Shown: positions 10,311 through 20,752 of the stretch, one piece after another
Numbering within the stretch: position 1 is the first letter of the stretch
How the letters are laid out: every line of letters begins with the position of its first letter
Assembly (NCBI GenBank): GCA_031281695.1
Contig: JAITFB010000043.1
Location: 1 to 43,197 of the forward strand
Reading direction: 5' to 3'
Source: Candidatus Servula neotermitis
Lineage (GTDB): Bacteria > Actinomycetota > Actinomycetes > Actinomycetales > Bifidobacteriaceae
DNA length: 43,197 bases
Notes under the pieces: generated by a model
Told to the model about the DNA's origin: nothing
Databases searched by the model: none
The model's input: only the letters and a program-made list of their open reading frames with translations
Translations under genes and position numbers: made by a program

Positions 10311-11150
10311 ATGAAAGAAATCATTCTAGATATTGATGGGACTCTGTTGAATAGTCAGCGGATTATTAGCCCTCGCACTAAGCAGGCTTTATTAGATGCG
10401 CAAGCTAGTGGAGTTAAATTAGTTTTAGCTTCTGGGCGACCCACTAAAGGCATGATTGGTTTGGCTCATGAGCTGGAAATGGATCAACACGATGGGTTGT
10501 TGGTCTCATATAATGGCGCTCGGGTGACTGATGTGCAAACTAATGAAATTTTGTTTGACCAACCAATCCCCTCAGACTTGGTGGTGAAAGTGTTGGAACA
10601 TCTCAAACAATTCGACGCTGTGGTCATGATTAATGACGACCAGTATGTTTACGTTAATGATGTTTTCAGCGGCATGATTGAAAATGAAGGTCAGACCATC
10701 AATATCATTCAGTATGAAGCGCATGATGGCGGATTTTTGCTTTGCGAAGTGCAAGATTTGGCTAAGTTCGCAACTTTTCCTATCCCGAAAATTTTGATTG
10801 CTGGAAGTTCAGAGTATTTACATAGCATATCAGATCAGATTTACGCGCCTTTCAAAAACAAATTGAACGGAGCATTTTCTTCGCCTTGTTATTTTGAGTT
10901 TACTGATCTCGGCATAGACAAAGCCAAAGCTTTATCCATTGTCAACCAAAAACTAGCAATTGCCCCAAGCGATGTGATTGCTTTTGGCGATGCCCCTAAC
11001 GATCGGTCCATCGTGGAATACGCTGGAGTTGGAGTAGTAATGGATAATGGTACCGTTGATATGAAAGCCATCGCCGACTATGTCACTGCTAGTAATAACG
11101 AAGATGGGATCGCTGTGGCGCTGGAAAAGTTTTTAGTAGTTAGCGACTAA
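10311..11150 (+). CDS. Cof-type HAD-IIB family phosphatase
   Basis: MKEIILDIDGTLLNS (HAD motif I), LASGRP and FGDAPNDRSIVEYAG (motif IV). The ORF opens at 10299, and the ATG at 10311 places DxDGT at the usual distance. Confidence 0.85.
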   Translation: MKEIILDIDGTLLNSQRIISPRTKQALLDAQASGVKLVLASGRPTKGMIGLAHELEMDQHDGLLVSYNGARVTDVQTNEILFDQPIPSDLVVKVLEHLKQFDAVVMINDDQYVYVNDVFSGMIENEGQTINIIQYEAHDGGFLLCEVQDLAKFATFPIPKILIAGSSEYLHSISDQIYAPFKNKLNGAFSSPCYFEFTDLGIDKAKALSIVNQKLAIAPSDVIAFGDAPNDRSIVEYAGVGVVMDNGTVDMKAIADYVTASNNEDGIAVALEKFLVVSD

Positions 11151-11250
11151 AAAACGTAAAATGATGACATTTTGGTGTTAGAGTACTAGCGCATTTACTG
11201 AAACAACCTGCAGAACTAATTGCTAACTGCGAATTGCTAACGACTAACGA

Positions 11251-12564
11251 CTAGCCCAACACCTTGACCATTGTATTGGGCAACTGATCGATGACTTGAG
11301 CTTGACCGTTTTTGAGGTTGATTACGACCCCATCGAGGCCTTTCATAACATTTCTATGGGGAATTCCAGTTGATTCGGCCAATTTTCGGTTGGCGATTAG
11401 ATGCATGGGCTCGCCGTGTATAGGCAAAACATTTTTGGGTTTAATGATGTTGTAAAGATAAAGCAATTCAGTTGATGCTGCGTGACCGGAGACGTGGATT
11501 TTGGAATTGTGAGAATCATAAATAATTGCGCCTAAGAGGGCTAATTGGTTCATAATTTTGAATATACTTTTTTCGTTACCTGGGATAATTGAGGACGCGA
11601 AAATTATCACATCATCTTCATTGATAGTGATTTTTGGGTGATTACCTTTCGCGATGCGAGAAAGAGCAGCCATGGGTTCCCCTTGGGAGCCTGTGCTTAT
11701 TATGACAATGCGATGGTCGGGATAATCGCCAATATTTTTGGATGACACGATCATCGACGGATCGTATGAAATGAGTCCGAGCTCGCGGGCTAAAGGAATA
11801 GTTTTTTGCATAGAACGACCATCGAAACAGACATAACGGTTGTGTTTACGGGCGACTGTGATGATTTGTTGAATGCGATGAATATGAGAAGCGAAAGAAG
11901 TCACGACAATTTTTTTTGTGGCTGAGCTAAAGATGAAATCTAATTCTTTCTCAATTCCACGTTCAGTCGGCACAACCCCAGGCATCGTTGCGTTCGTCGA
12001 GTCGATCATGAGTAGGTCAACGCCTTTGGCAGCAATCTTGGAGAAATGATTCAGGTCTGTAATACGGCGGTCAATGGGGGTTTGGTCAAGTTTAATATCT
12101 CCAGTGTTTAGAATCGTTCCGTCGGGACATGTCACGTAAATGGCTAAAGCGTCCGGAATTGAGTGATTGACTGCAATGAATTCGAGTTTGAAACTCGGTA
12201 GCGTATAGGTGTCGCCTTCTTTTACTTCTATGAATTGAGCGTTTTGATGAGCCTCTTCAGTTTTATTCTTTACTAGTGCCAAAGTAAATTGGGAGCCAAT
12301 AATTGGAATGTTTTCGCGATTTTTAAGAAGGTCAGGTATTCCGCCGATATGATCTTCGTGACCGTGGGTTAGAGCAACCGCCTCGATATCATTCCATCGA
12401 CCTTCTAAATAGCCAAAATCAGGCAAAATCCTATCAACCCCAGGTTCTTCGTCTTTAGGAAACATCACTCCGCAGTCCAAAATCAAGATTCTGCGGTTGT
12501 ATTCTAAAACGGCCATGTTTCGACCAATGTTTCCGAGACCGCCTAAAGGTATAACCCGCACCAT
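11251..12564 (-). CDS. rnj: Ribonuclease J-like metallo-beta-lactamase/beta-CASP RNase (437 aa, no C-terminal domain)
   Basis: VIPLGGLGNIGRNMAVLEY, HGHEDHIGG, a beta-CASP region and VSGHAS...LPIHGEPMH. Confidence 0.85.
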   Translation of the reverse strand: MVRVIPLGGLGNIGRNMAVLEYNRRILILDCGVMFPKDEEPGVDRILPDFGYLEGRWNDIEAVALTHGHEDHIGGIPDLLKNRENIPIIGSQFTLALVKNKTEEAHQNAQFIEVKEGDTYTLPSFKLEFIAVNHSIPDALAIYVTCPDGTILNTGDIKLDQTPIDRRITDLNHFSKIAAKGVDLLMIDSTNATMPGVVPTERGIEKELDFIFSSATKKIVVTSFASHIHRIQQIITVARKHNRYVCFDGRSMQKTIPLARELGLISYDPSMIVSSKNIGDYPDHRIVIISTGSQGEPMAALSRIAKGNHPKITINEDDVIIFASSIIPGNEKSIFKIMNQLALLGAIIYDSHNSKIHVSGHAASTELLYLYNIIKPKNVLPIHGEPMHLIANRKLAESTGIPHRNVMKGLDGVVINLKNGQAQVIDQLPNTMVKVLG

Positions 12565-12663
12565 AAATAGTTTACATCTTTTTTTTATTTATTTTTAACA
12601 TTTCAAACAAGAATTTAATTATTAAAAGAATTTAAAAACAGCTAAAATGGATAAGTAATAAAA

Positions 12664-12969
12664 ATGTATGCAATAATTGAAATTTCAGGGCACCAAGAAA
12701 AAGTCGAGGTGGGATCTAGAATTGTTTCGAACCGTTTGGTTACGAACTCGGGAGATAATTTATTTTTCGAGCCAATTTTGGTGGTTGATGATAAAAAAGT
12801 GATTTCGAATCCTGGGGATTTGAAAAAATTTAAAGTAGAGGCGAAAATTTTAGGTAATACGCGTGGTCCAAAGATTGACATAATGCGCTTTAAAAACAAA
12901 ACGCGTCAGCATACTCGTAAAGGTCATCGACAAGAATTGACCAATTTAGAAATCGTCAAAATAACGTAG
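12664..12969 (+). CDS. rplU: 50S ribosomal protein L21
   Basis: [18 protein letters not shown]...[23 protein letters not shown]. Confidence 0.95.
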   Translation: MYAIIEISGHQEKVEVGSRIVSNRLVTNSGDNLFFEPILVVDDKKVISNPGDLKKFKVEAKILGNTRGPKIDIMRFKNKTRQHTRKGHRQELTNLEIVKIT

Positions 12970-12976
12970 GAGATTT

Positions 12977-13225
12977 ATGGCACATAAAAAAGGCGCTAGT
13001 TCAACTAGAAATGGTCGGGATTCTTCGGCTCAACGTTTGGGAGTGAAACGTTTCGGGGGTCAAAATGTCAACGCAGGTGAAATTCTGGTTCGTCAAAGAG
13101 GAACGACCTTCCATCCTGGGCATAATGTAGGTGTAGGTAAAGATCACACTCTGTTTGCTTTAGAAACTGGGAAAGTCAGCTTCACTAATCGTGGTAAACG
13201 TAAAGTAATAGACATTTCTAATTAA
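12977..13225 (+). CDS. rpmA: 50S ribosomal protein L27
   Basis: [29 protein letters not shown]...[12 protein letters not shown]. No N-terminal propeptide. Confidence 0.95.
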   Translation: MAHKKGASSTRNGRDSSAQRLGVKRFGGQNVNAGEILVRQRGTTFHPGHNVGVGKDHTLFALETGKVSFTNRGKRKVIDISN

Positions 13226-13241
13226 ACAGATTCAAATTTAG

Positions 13242-14603
13242 CTATATCCAGCTAGGAATCCAAAAATGATCGTATAAATAATCGTGCGTAATTATTTGGC
13301 CGGTCCAAATTGGCCAGAAATAAAAAGTTAGACCAATTATTGTGATAATTAAAACAGTTGTGATAATTACGGTCGGTAAATATCTGGTTCGAGCCAAGGA
13401 TGAGATCGCAATCATAAGTCCAAGAATAAAAAATGGTTCGATTAGGATAGCATAGAATGTGAATTGGGTTCGGCTTGGTATGAATATCCACGGAAACCAT
13501 CCACAGATTAGGCCGACACCCATAATCATTGTCGAATAGCTTGGTTGTAACATAAATTTAATAAAAACAAAAATCATTGCAACAGTCATCGTCCACCATA
13601 AGAGAGGATTCCCTAAAGATGTGATTGACTGAGTGAACTCGGAAAGTGGATTTTGTTCATAGAAAAAATAGGTCGGCCGAATTTGTAGGGGCCATCCCAG
13701 AGCACTGGTCGCATAAGAATGATTAGACTCGAGTTCAATATGAAAATTGAGTCTTTCGATATGATAGTTTATTAACGCAAGCACGTTGTTGATAAAATTG
13801 CCACCAACTGGTTTATTGGGGGCATCGGGAATGGAAAACCAAGTCCACCAACTTAACGAGTAAACGCTGATGCTGGTAAGGAATCCGCTAATTGAAAAGA
13901 CTAACGACTCGTACCAATTTCGAAAGGGTCGATTTAGACGAGACATGACAATTTGGGGCTTGAGTCCTTCAATTTGAAATAAATTTGAGTCGAAGCGATG
14001 GTTGAGTTGAAAAAATAAGAGTACGCAAAAACCTATGATGAACCAGAGCGCGGACCATTTTATTGACATAGCTAACCCGAATACTATGAACATCCAAATG
14101 TAATGTTTTTTAAGGTAAAGTAAAACTGCGACTAGTATAAAAAACGTTAGGAAAATATCCAATAATGCTGTGCGTGACATCACTAAAGCTAGGCCGTCAA
14201 CGCTCAAGTATAGCCCGCCTAATGACGCTAAGATGGGCGAATGGAGCAAATGATCTATCAAAAGCATTAATATAAATACGAGCGCTGTGCCAAATAAAGC
14301 CGGCATAATACGCCATCCGAAGGAATTTGGCCCAAAAATTTTCATACCTATGCCGATTAGTAGCTTTCCTAAAGGAGGGTGGGCGACAATTGAAGCTTGG
14401 TCAAGGTAAATATCAACTTCTCCAGTAACGAATTGTGCGTTGGGGTCTTCAGGCCAAACTCGTTCTAAACCAGTATTGATATAAGCCCAAGCGTCTTTAG
14501 CATAATAAGTTTCATCGAAAACTAAATGATTAGGGTGAGCTAAGTTGATTATGCGCAATAGTCCAGCCAGGACTGTGATCGCTAAGTAGCTCAAGTATTT
14601 CAT
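13242..14603 (-). CDS. GT39/PMT-family phospholipid-carrier-dependent (protein O-mannosyl-type) glycosyltransferase
   Basis: 453 aa and polytopic. The first-loop motif is HLVFDETYYAKDAWAY, and LGKLLIGIGMKIFG is also present. Confidence 0.8.
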   Translation of the reverse strand: MKYLSYLAITVLAGLLRIINLAHPNHLVFDETYYAKDAWAYINTGLERVWPEDPNAQFVTGEVDIYLDQASIVAHPPLGKLLIGIGMKIFGPNSFGWRIMPALFGTALVFILMLLIDHLLHSPILASLGGLYLSVDGLALVMSRTALLDIFLTFFILVAVLLYLKKHYIWMFIVFGLAMSIKWSALWFIIGFCVLLFFQLNHRFDSNLFQIEGLKPQIVMSRLNRPFRNWYESLVFSISGFLTSISVYSLSWWTWFSIPDAPNKPVGGNFINNVLALINYHIERLNFHIELESNHSYATSALGWPLQIRPTYFFYEQNPLSEFTQSITSLGNPLLWWTMTVAMIFVFIKFMLQPSYSTMIMGVGLICGWFPWIFIPSRTQFTFYAILIEPFFILGLMIAISSLARTRYLPTVIITTVLIITIIGLTFYFWPIWTGQIITHDYLYDHFWIPSWI

Positions 14604-14637
14604 ATTGTTAGTTTATAGTTGCCTTTAAACTGATGTT

Positions 14638-15105
14638 ATGAAATGTCCTTTCTGTGGGTTCAGCGAAACCAAAGTGATTGATTCGCGCGCAGGAGAAGAC
14701 GGCACGCAAATTCGGCGACGTCGCATATGCGAGAAGTGTCATAAACGTTTTTCGACTGTTGAGTCCGCATCACTCAGCGTCATCAAACGATCAGGCATTA
14801 AGGAGAATTTTTCTCGAACTAAAATCCGCAATGGAATTCTAAAAGCGACCCAAGGTAGAAATTTCGAATCAGAGGAATTAGATGCTGTAGTTTCGGAAGT
14901 TGTGGATAGTATTCGTTCAAAAGGCTTAGCAGAAGTTGATTCTTATGATATTGGTTTAGCGATTTTGGAGCCTTTGCGGAGATTGGACGCGGTCGCCTAT
15001 TTGCGTTTTGCGAGTGTTTATCAGGGTTATGATACTTTAGACGATTTTTCCAAGGAAATAAGAAAACTAAAAAGGTCGAGGAAAAAATCGTCTAAAACCG
15101 CCTAA
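14638..15105 (+). CDS. nrdR: Transcriptional repressor NrdR
   Basis: [17 protein letters not shown]...[17 protein letters not shown] zinc ribbon plus an ATP-cone. Confidence 0.95.
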   Translation: MKCPFCGFSETKVIDSRAGEDGTQIRRRRICEKCHKRFSTVESASLSVIKRSGIKENFSRTKIRNGILKATQGRNFESEELDAVVSEVVDSIRSKGLAEVDSYDIGLAILEPLRRLDAVAYLRFASVYQGYDTLDDFSKEIRKLKRSRKKSSKTA

Positions 15106-15125
15106 CGTGGCAAGATATAATAGTT

Positions 15126-15470
15126 ATGCAAAAATTAGATGAATTGGATAAAACCTCGATAAAGAGCGTCCCTGTTTTACGCTCCGGCGATACTGTAAAA
15201 GTGAACATAAAAGTTGTCGAAGGTAACAAATCGCGCATTCAGACTTTCGAAGGAGTCGTGATCGCTATCAATGGCTCAGGGGTTCGTAAATCGATTACGG
15301 TTCGTAAGTTGAGTTTTGGCATTGGGGTAGAGAGGGTATTCCCTTTGCATTCTCCCGCAATTGAGTCAATCACTTTAGTGTCACATGGTGACGTTCGTAG
15401 GGCTAAATTGTATTACATTCGTGATTTGGTTGGTAAAAAAGCTAAAATCAGGGAAAAAAGAGTAAGTTGA
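15126..15470 (+). CDS. rplS: 50S ribosomal protein L19
   Basis: [30 protein letters not shown]...[19 protein letters not shown]. Confidence 0.95.
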   Translation: MQKLDELDKTSIKSVPVLRSGDTVKVNIKVVEGNKSRIQTFEGVVIAINGSGVRKSITVRKLSFGIGVERVFPLHSPAIESITLVSHGDVRRAKLYYIRDLVGKKAKIREKRVS

Positions 15471-16201
15471 TTTCTAAGTTTCAAAAAGTTTACGATAAAA
15501 AAACCCAGACTTACAAATTTAAAAAGGTGTGGCCATTTTGGCTGGACCTAATTGTTACTTTGTTCGCAGCTGCAGTGATTGCTGTTGTAGTGAATTTATA
15601 TGTTTTAGAACCCTTTTGGATACCCTCGGGTTCAATGCGCGCTACTTTAGAGGTTGATGATAAAATTTGGGTGGAAAAAATCGGAGTGAAATTGAACGGA
15701 GTACATAAAGGCGATGTTGTGGTTTTTAAAGATCCTGGCGATTGGATGGGTCCAGCGATCTCTAAAGAGGAATCTCAAACTGCGGCTGGCCTTTTAGGTT
15801 GGTTGGGGTTTGAAAACTCAGACAATACTGAGTACTTAGTAAAACGAGTTATCGGAACTGAATTTGATCGAGTGAAATGCGCGGGGCCAGGTTTCCCTAT
15901 CGAAGTTAATGGAGTCGCGGTTGACGAACCATATATTTTTGAAGGGCAGACCCCATCCGAAGTACCTTTCGATGTGGAAGTTCCGAAAGGTATGATTTGG
16001 GTGATGGGGGACAATCGAGGAAATTCTAAAGATAGTCGTTTTCACGCCGACGCCGAGTATAAAGGTTTCGTCCCAGTTGATGACGTTGTGGGGGATGTCG
16101 TTTTTCGATTCGCCCCTTGGGATCGATTTGGCCTATTTCCTGATTATCATAGCAGTTTCGCTCAAGTTCCAGTCCCTTCTCAATTAGCGCTTGGATCTTA
16201 G
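15467..16201 (+). CDS. lepB: Signal peptidase I
   Basis: [10 protein letters not shown] (catalytic Ser box), YLVKRVIG and [13 protein letters not shown]. The TTG start overlaps the rplS stop. Confidence 0.9.
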   Translation: MISKFQKVYDKKTQTYKFKKVWPFWLDLIVTLFAAAVIAVVVNLYVLEPFWIPSGSMRATLEVDDKIWVEKIGVKLNGVHKGDVVVFKDPGDWMGPAISKEESQTAAGLLGWLGFENSDNTEYLVKRVIGTEFDRVKCAGPGFPIEVNGVAVDEPYIFEGQTPSEVPFDVEVPKGMIWVMGDNRGNSKDSRFHADAEYKGFVPVDDVVGDVVFRFAPWDRFGLFPDYHSSFAQVPVPSQLALGS

Positions 16202-16305
16202 AGCGAGTAAAGTCATGCAATTTTTTTTTGCCGAAGTTTTTAGCGTTCAGCTTGATGTTGATTTTGTGGAATTAATTTCGAATCCCCGATTACTGATCGT
16301 TAATC

Positions 16306-16890
16306 ATGAGTTTGGTTCCTAACGTGCGCATTATTCAAGGACAATATAAAGGACTTCGGCTGGATAGACCAACCCATAAATTTCGACCGACAATGAGCCG
16401 AATCCGCGAAGCTTTTATTAATGTGATGCTTAACAATTTCGGTGATATGGTTATAGGTTCGCGAGTATTAGATCTGTTTGCTGGATCTGGCTCTTATGGA
16501 TTTGAATTGTTGAGCGCGGGGAGCGGCCCAGTATTATTCGTAGATCAAGCTCGGAGTTCAGTATTGGCTATTAAACAAACTCTTAAAAATTTAAATTGTC
16601 GCGGCGATCAGGTGTTCCTTGAAGGATCTACGGCGATTCAAGCCAATCTTAGGACATGGCGTCCTAAACAGACCTACGATATAATCACGTTAGACCCCCC
16701 ATACGGATATGAGGTGTCTGAGTCCTGTAAATTGATTAACCGTTTGTCGAAACATGTGTCAAAGAAAGCTATGCTAGTGTTTGAGTCCGCCTCGCGGAGC
16801 GAACGTGTAAGTTTAGAAGATTGGGATTCAATAAAAACCGTCCAAATAGGCGACACAAGATTGGAGTTTTATATTTCGCAATTAGCGTAA
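16306..16890 (+). CDS. rsmD: 16S rRNA (guanine966-N2)-methyltransferase RsmD family
   Basis: RPTMSRIREAFINVM, VLDLFAGSGSYGFE and ITLDPPYGY. Confidence 0.85.
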   Translation: MSLVPNVRIIQGQYKGLRLDRPTHKFRPTMSRIREAFINVMLNNFGDMVIGSRVLDLFAGSGSYGFELLSAGSGPVLFVDQARSSVLAIKQTLKNLNCRGDQVFLEGSTAIQANLRTWRPKQTYDIITLDPPYGYEVSESCKLINRLSKHVSKKAMLVFESASRSERVSLEDWDSIKTVQIGDTRLEFYISQLA

Positions 16891-16953
16891 AGGTCTGTGA
16901 ACGATTGCGTCCGGTATTCGTAAATGTTAAGTTTAATAAGTAGAAGGATATTT

Positions 16954-19392
16954 ATGTTCGAAAAATTTACTGATCAAGCTCGCTCGGTGGTTATTCATGC
17001 TCAAGAAGAAGCGAAAAATTTCAATCACACTTTTATTGGAACCGAGCATTTACTTTTAGGTCTTTTGTATGATGAAAATTCCAACGCATATGTAGCTTTG
17101 AAAAACCAACATGTGGAATTGTCGAAATTACGAGAAGTAATAATTACAATCGTCGGAAAAGGTACTTCTAACGGTTCGGATTATAAACCGTTTTCGCCTC
17201 GAGCTAAACAAGCCTTGGATTTGGCTTTGAGCGAAGCGAATAAAACCGGCGCAGCGAATATCGGAATTGATCATATCATGTTGGGCATAATTACTGAAGG
17301 TGAGGGAACTGGTATTCAAGCATTGAATCAAATGGATATTGACATTGATCAAATTCGTCAGGATATTCTAACAGCGAATCCAGCTTTACAAGAGGGGGAG
17401 TTAGTTACTACTGTTGAAAAACAGAAATTGCCTAAAGGATCGATTTTAGGTCTTATAGGAACTGATTTGACTCAAATGGCAAAAAAAGGCGATTTGGATC
17501 CAGTTGTGGATCGTCAAAATGAAATTGAACGAGTGATTCAAGTTTTGACTCGTAGAACTAAAAATAATCCTGTGCTTTTGGGCGACCCTGGCGTTGGGAA
17601 AACTGCTGTTGTAGAAGGCTTAGCGATTGCTATTGCGCAAGGAGATGTGCCCCAAAACTTGAAGGACAAAAAGCTTTATAATATAGATTTAGGTCAATTA
17701 GTTGCTGGAACTCGATTTCGGGGAGATTTTGAAGAACGCATAAAAAAATTGACGAACGAATTAAAAGAGCGTAAAGATATTATTATTTTTATAGATGAAA
17801 TTCATACTTTAGTTGGTGCCGGCGGGGCTGAAGGATCCTTAGACGCTTCAAATATCTTGAAACCGATGATGGCAAGAGGTCAAATTCAATTAATTGGTGC
17901 GACAACCATTGATGAGTATCGAAAATACGTTGAAAGAGACGCGGCTTTAGAGCGAAGGTTGCAACCCATTGATGTCGATGAGCCGAATGTTGAACAAACT
18001 GTGAAAATTCTTCAAGGACTGAAACATAATTATGAAGCTTATCATAATGTAACAATTACTGAGGAAGCTATTCAAGCGGCTGCGGTTTTGAGCGATCGTT
18101 ATATTAGCGACCGTTTTATGCCGGATAAGGCAATCGATTTGATGGATGAAGCCGCAGCTCGTTTGAGAATTAAACAAAACGTTTTGCCCCCTGAATTGAA
18201 GAAAGCTTATCAGGAGCTGGAAAAATTGGAATTGGAAAAAACTAAGACTATTCAATCTCAGCAATACGAAGAAACAGCGAGGATCCGCGATCAAATTGAA
18301 ATTTTACAAAAAACTATTCAAAAGTTGAACCAAAAGTTTGATACCGATAAAGATAAATCACATTTGATAGTAGATCAGGATATGATTGCTGAAGTTTTAT
18401 CGATGGCGACCGGCATCCCAACTCCCAAAATTTCCGAAACGGAAGGTCAACGCTTATTGGAAATGGAAAAAGTTTTGCATAATCGTGTAATAGGTCAAGA
18501 TGAAGCTATCGATGCTTTAGCGCGTTCGATTCGTCGTACGCGTGCCGGTCTTAAAGACCCCAAACGCCCAAATGGTTCATTTATTTTCGCCGGTCCAACC
18601 GGAGTAGGAAAAACTGAATTAGCTAAAGCTTTGGCAGAATTCATGTTTGGCTCGGAGGATTCCCTAATTAGAATTGACATGTCTGAATTTAAAGATCAAT
18701 ATACTGTTTCGCGTTTGATTGGAACAACTCCAGGATTCGTTGGGTATGGAGAAGGCGGCCAATTAACTAATCAAGTTCGCCGTAAACCCTATAGCGTCGT
18801 GCTGTTGGATGAAATTGAAAAAGCTCATCCAGATATTTTCAATATTCTTTTGCAAGTTTTGGACGACGGTCGTTTGACTGACGGTCAAGGTCGAGTCGTA
18901 GATTTCAAGAACACGATTATCATCATGACAACCAATTTGGGGTCGCGTCGGATTACTCAAAGTCATTCGACTGGTTTCGCTTTGGATGACGATGCTGAAT
19001 TATCATATGAAAGGATGAAAGGGACTGTTAATAACGAATTGAAGACTCACTTTCGTCCAGAATTCATTAACCGTTTAGACGACGTGATTATTTTCCGGCA
19101 ATTGGAAAAAGAACAAGTTCAAGAAATTGCAGATTTATTGATTCGCGATTTGGAAAAACGACTCGATGAGAAGCACATTAAAATTTCAGTTACCCCACGT
19201 GCTCGTCATTTAGTTGCCGAAAAAGGTTTCGATCGATCGATGGGCGCCCGACCTTTAAAGAGAGTAGTCCAACACGAGATTGAAGATGTGATTGCTGAAA
19301 AAATTTTGTTTAAAGATTTATTACCTGGGCAAACAATCACTATTGATACTGATAAACCGGAGAAAGAACTTGAACTTGAGGTTAGTAGTTAA
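16954..19392 (+). CDS. clpC: ATP-dependent Clp protease ATP-binding subunit ClpC
   Basis: MFEKFTDQAR starts the Clp_N repeats. Two AAA+ modules are present (GDPGVGKT, GPTGVGKT), plus a UVR-like QYEETARIRDQ. GAAGGA precedes the ATG at 16954, and the ORF opens at 16924. Confidence 0.92.
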   Translation: MFEKFTDQARSVVIHAQEEAKNFNHTFIGTEHLLLGLLYDENSNAYVALKNQHVELSKLREVIITIVGKGTSNGSDYKPFSPRAKQALDLALSEANKTGAANIGIDHIMLGIITEGEGTGIQALNQMDIDIDQIRQDILTANPALQEGELVTTVEKQKLPKGSILGLIGTDLTQMAKKGDLDPVVDRQNEIERVIQVLTRRTKNNPVLLGDPGVGKTAVVEGLAIAIAQGDVPQNLKDKKLYNIDLGQLVAGTRFRGDFEERIKKLTNELKERKDIIIFIDEIHTLVGAGGAEGSLDASNILKPMMARGQIQLIGATTIDEYRKYVERDAALERRLQPIDVDEPNVEQTVKILQGLKHNYEAYHNVTITEEAIQAAAVLSDRYISDRFMPDKAIDLMDEAAARLRIKQNVLPPELKKAYQELEKLELEKTKTIQSQQYEETARIRDQIEILQKTIQKLNQKFDTDKDKSHLIVDQDMIAEVLSMATGIPTPKISETEGQRLLEMEKVLHNRVIGQDEAIDALARSIRRTRAGLKDPKRPNGSFIFAGPTGVGKTELAKALAEFMFGSEDSLIRIDMSEFKDQYTVSRLIGTTPGFVGYGEGGQLTNQVRRKPYSVVLLDEIEKAHPDIFNILLQVLDDGRLTDGQGRVVDFKNTIIIMTTNLGSRRITQSHSTGFALDDDAELSYERMKGTVNNELKTHFRPEFINRLDDVIIFRQLEKEQVQEIADLLIRDLEKRLDEKHIKISVTPRARHLVAEKGFDRSMGARPLKRVVQHEIEDVIAEKILFKDLLPGQTITIDTDKPEKELELEVSS

Positions 19393-19461
19393 CCATAAAT
19401 TGCGAATTCTGAATATTTACGTAGTCGCATATTATGTAGGTGATTTTATTAAGTAAAAATT

Positions 19462-20742
19462 ATGATGTCCAAAGCGCTTTACACTGATAAGTACGAATTC
19501 ACTATGGTAGATGCGGCTTTGAAGGATGGAACGGCGTATCGGCCTTCGGTTTTTTCGGTGTTCACTCGGTCTTTGCCTACTGTTGTAACCGAAGAAAATG
19601 GACGATATCAGCGTAGATATGGTATTGTTGGTGGGACTTTTCGATTTTTGGAATTGCTTAGTCAGTTTAGATATTCCGATGAACTCTTGAGTTATTTGTC
19701 GTTTACTAAAACGGTTTCTTCTGAGTGTATTAAATTTCTTTCCGATTTGTATTTTGATGTCGATATTGACGGATACTGGGAAGGCGATGTGTTTTTTCCC
19801 TACTCACCGATTTTAAACGTGAAAGGAACATTTGCACAATGTACTTTATTGGAAACTTTGCTTTTATCGGTTTTGAATTATGATTCTGCAGTAGCTTCTT
19901 CGGGCTCTCGCATCAAAGTGGCTGCTCAAAAACGGGAGGTTTTTGATATGGGCGCGCGCCGAGTGAACGAAGACGCTGCCTTAGCGGCGGGCCGGATTTC
20001 CGGAGTTTTAGGGTTTTCTGGAACTTCTAACGTTGAGGCCGCTCGGATTTGGGGTTTGAAATCTATTGGAACGGTCGCCCACTCATTTGTTTTGTCTTAC
20101 TTGGATGAACGCGCAGCTTTCCAAGCTCAAATTAGCGCTATGGGCCTGAATACAACTTTTTTGGTGGACACTTACGATATTGCAAACGCCATTAGAATTT
20201 TGTGCGAACTGACTAATTCTCAAGCGGGCGCGATTCGTATTGATAGCGGGAATTTGAACGAAGAAGCTATTAAAGCTCGAAATCTTTTAGATTCTTTCGG
20301 TGCTGAACGAACTAAAATTGTAATTAGCGGCGATTTGGACGAATATCGTATACAAAAATTGCAAACTGCCCCGATTGACAGTTACGGGGTTGGCACGCGT
20401 TTTGCCACGGGTTCCGGGGCTCCAGCATGTAATTTTGTCTATAAAATTACCGAATCTGCTGATCGAAGCGGTCAATTGATCCCAGTGGGCAAGCAATCTT
20501 GGAATAAAGCTACTCCGCCTGGTCATCGAGTCGCTTACCGCAATTTAGTCAATGGATATTTCGATTCTGAAATGTTTGAACATGTACAGGCTGAACCTGT
20601 TCATGAAGCTTTAGTAAACCGGACTTTGCTAGTTAAAGGAGAACCGACTCACAATTTTTACGGCCCAATCGGCGTTGAATTGGCTAATCAACATTACCAA
20701 CAAACTGTTAATATGCTGAATCCCGAATTGCTGAAGTTGTAA
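19462..20742 (+). CDS. pncB: Nicotinate phosphoribosyltransferase
   Basis: ALYTDKYEFTMVDAALKDG, FDMGARR, GTVAHSFV and YGVGT. Confidence 0.85.
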   Translation: MMSKALYTDKYEFTMVDAALKDGTAYRPSVFSVFTRSLPTVVTEENGRYQRRYGIVGGTFRFLELLSQFRYSDELLSYLSFTKTVSSECIKFLSDLYFDVDIDGYWEGDVFFPYSPILNVKGTFAQCTLLETLLLSVLNYDSAVASSGSRIKVAAQKREVFDMGARRVNEDAALAAGRISGVLGFSGTSNVEAARIWGLKSIGTVAHSFVLSYLDERAAFQAQISAMGLNTTFLVDTYDIANAIRILCELTNSQAGAIRIDSGNLNEEAIKARNLLDSFGAERTKIVISGDLDEYRIQKLQTAPIDSYGVGTRFATGSGAPACNFVYKITESADRSGQLIPVGKQSWNKATPPGHRVAYRNLVNGYFDSEMFEHVQAEPVHEALVNRTLLVKGEPTHNFYGPIGVELANQHYQQTVNMLNPELLKL

Positions 20743-20752
20743 TCTATTATTT

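Noticed and set aside
10186-11253. Recurring aacgactag / gctaacgactaacgactag motifs at gene ends (10190-10200, 11236-11253).
   Set aside because: These are short, degenerate sequences that partly overlap stop codons. There are too few copies in the window to argue for a REP-like element, so a genome-wide count would be needed.
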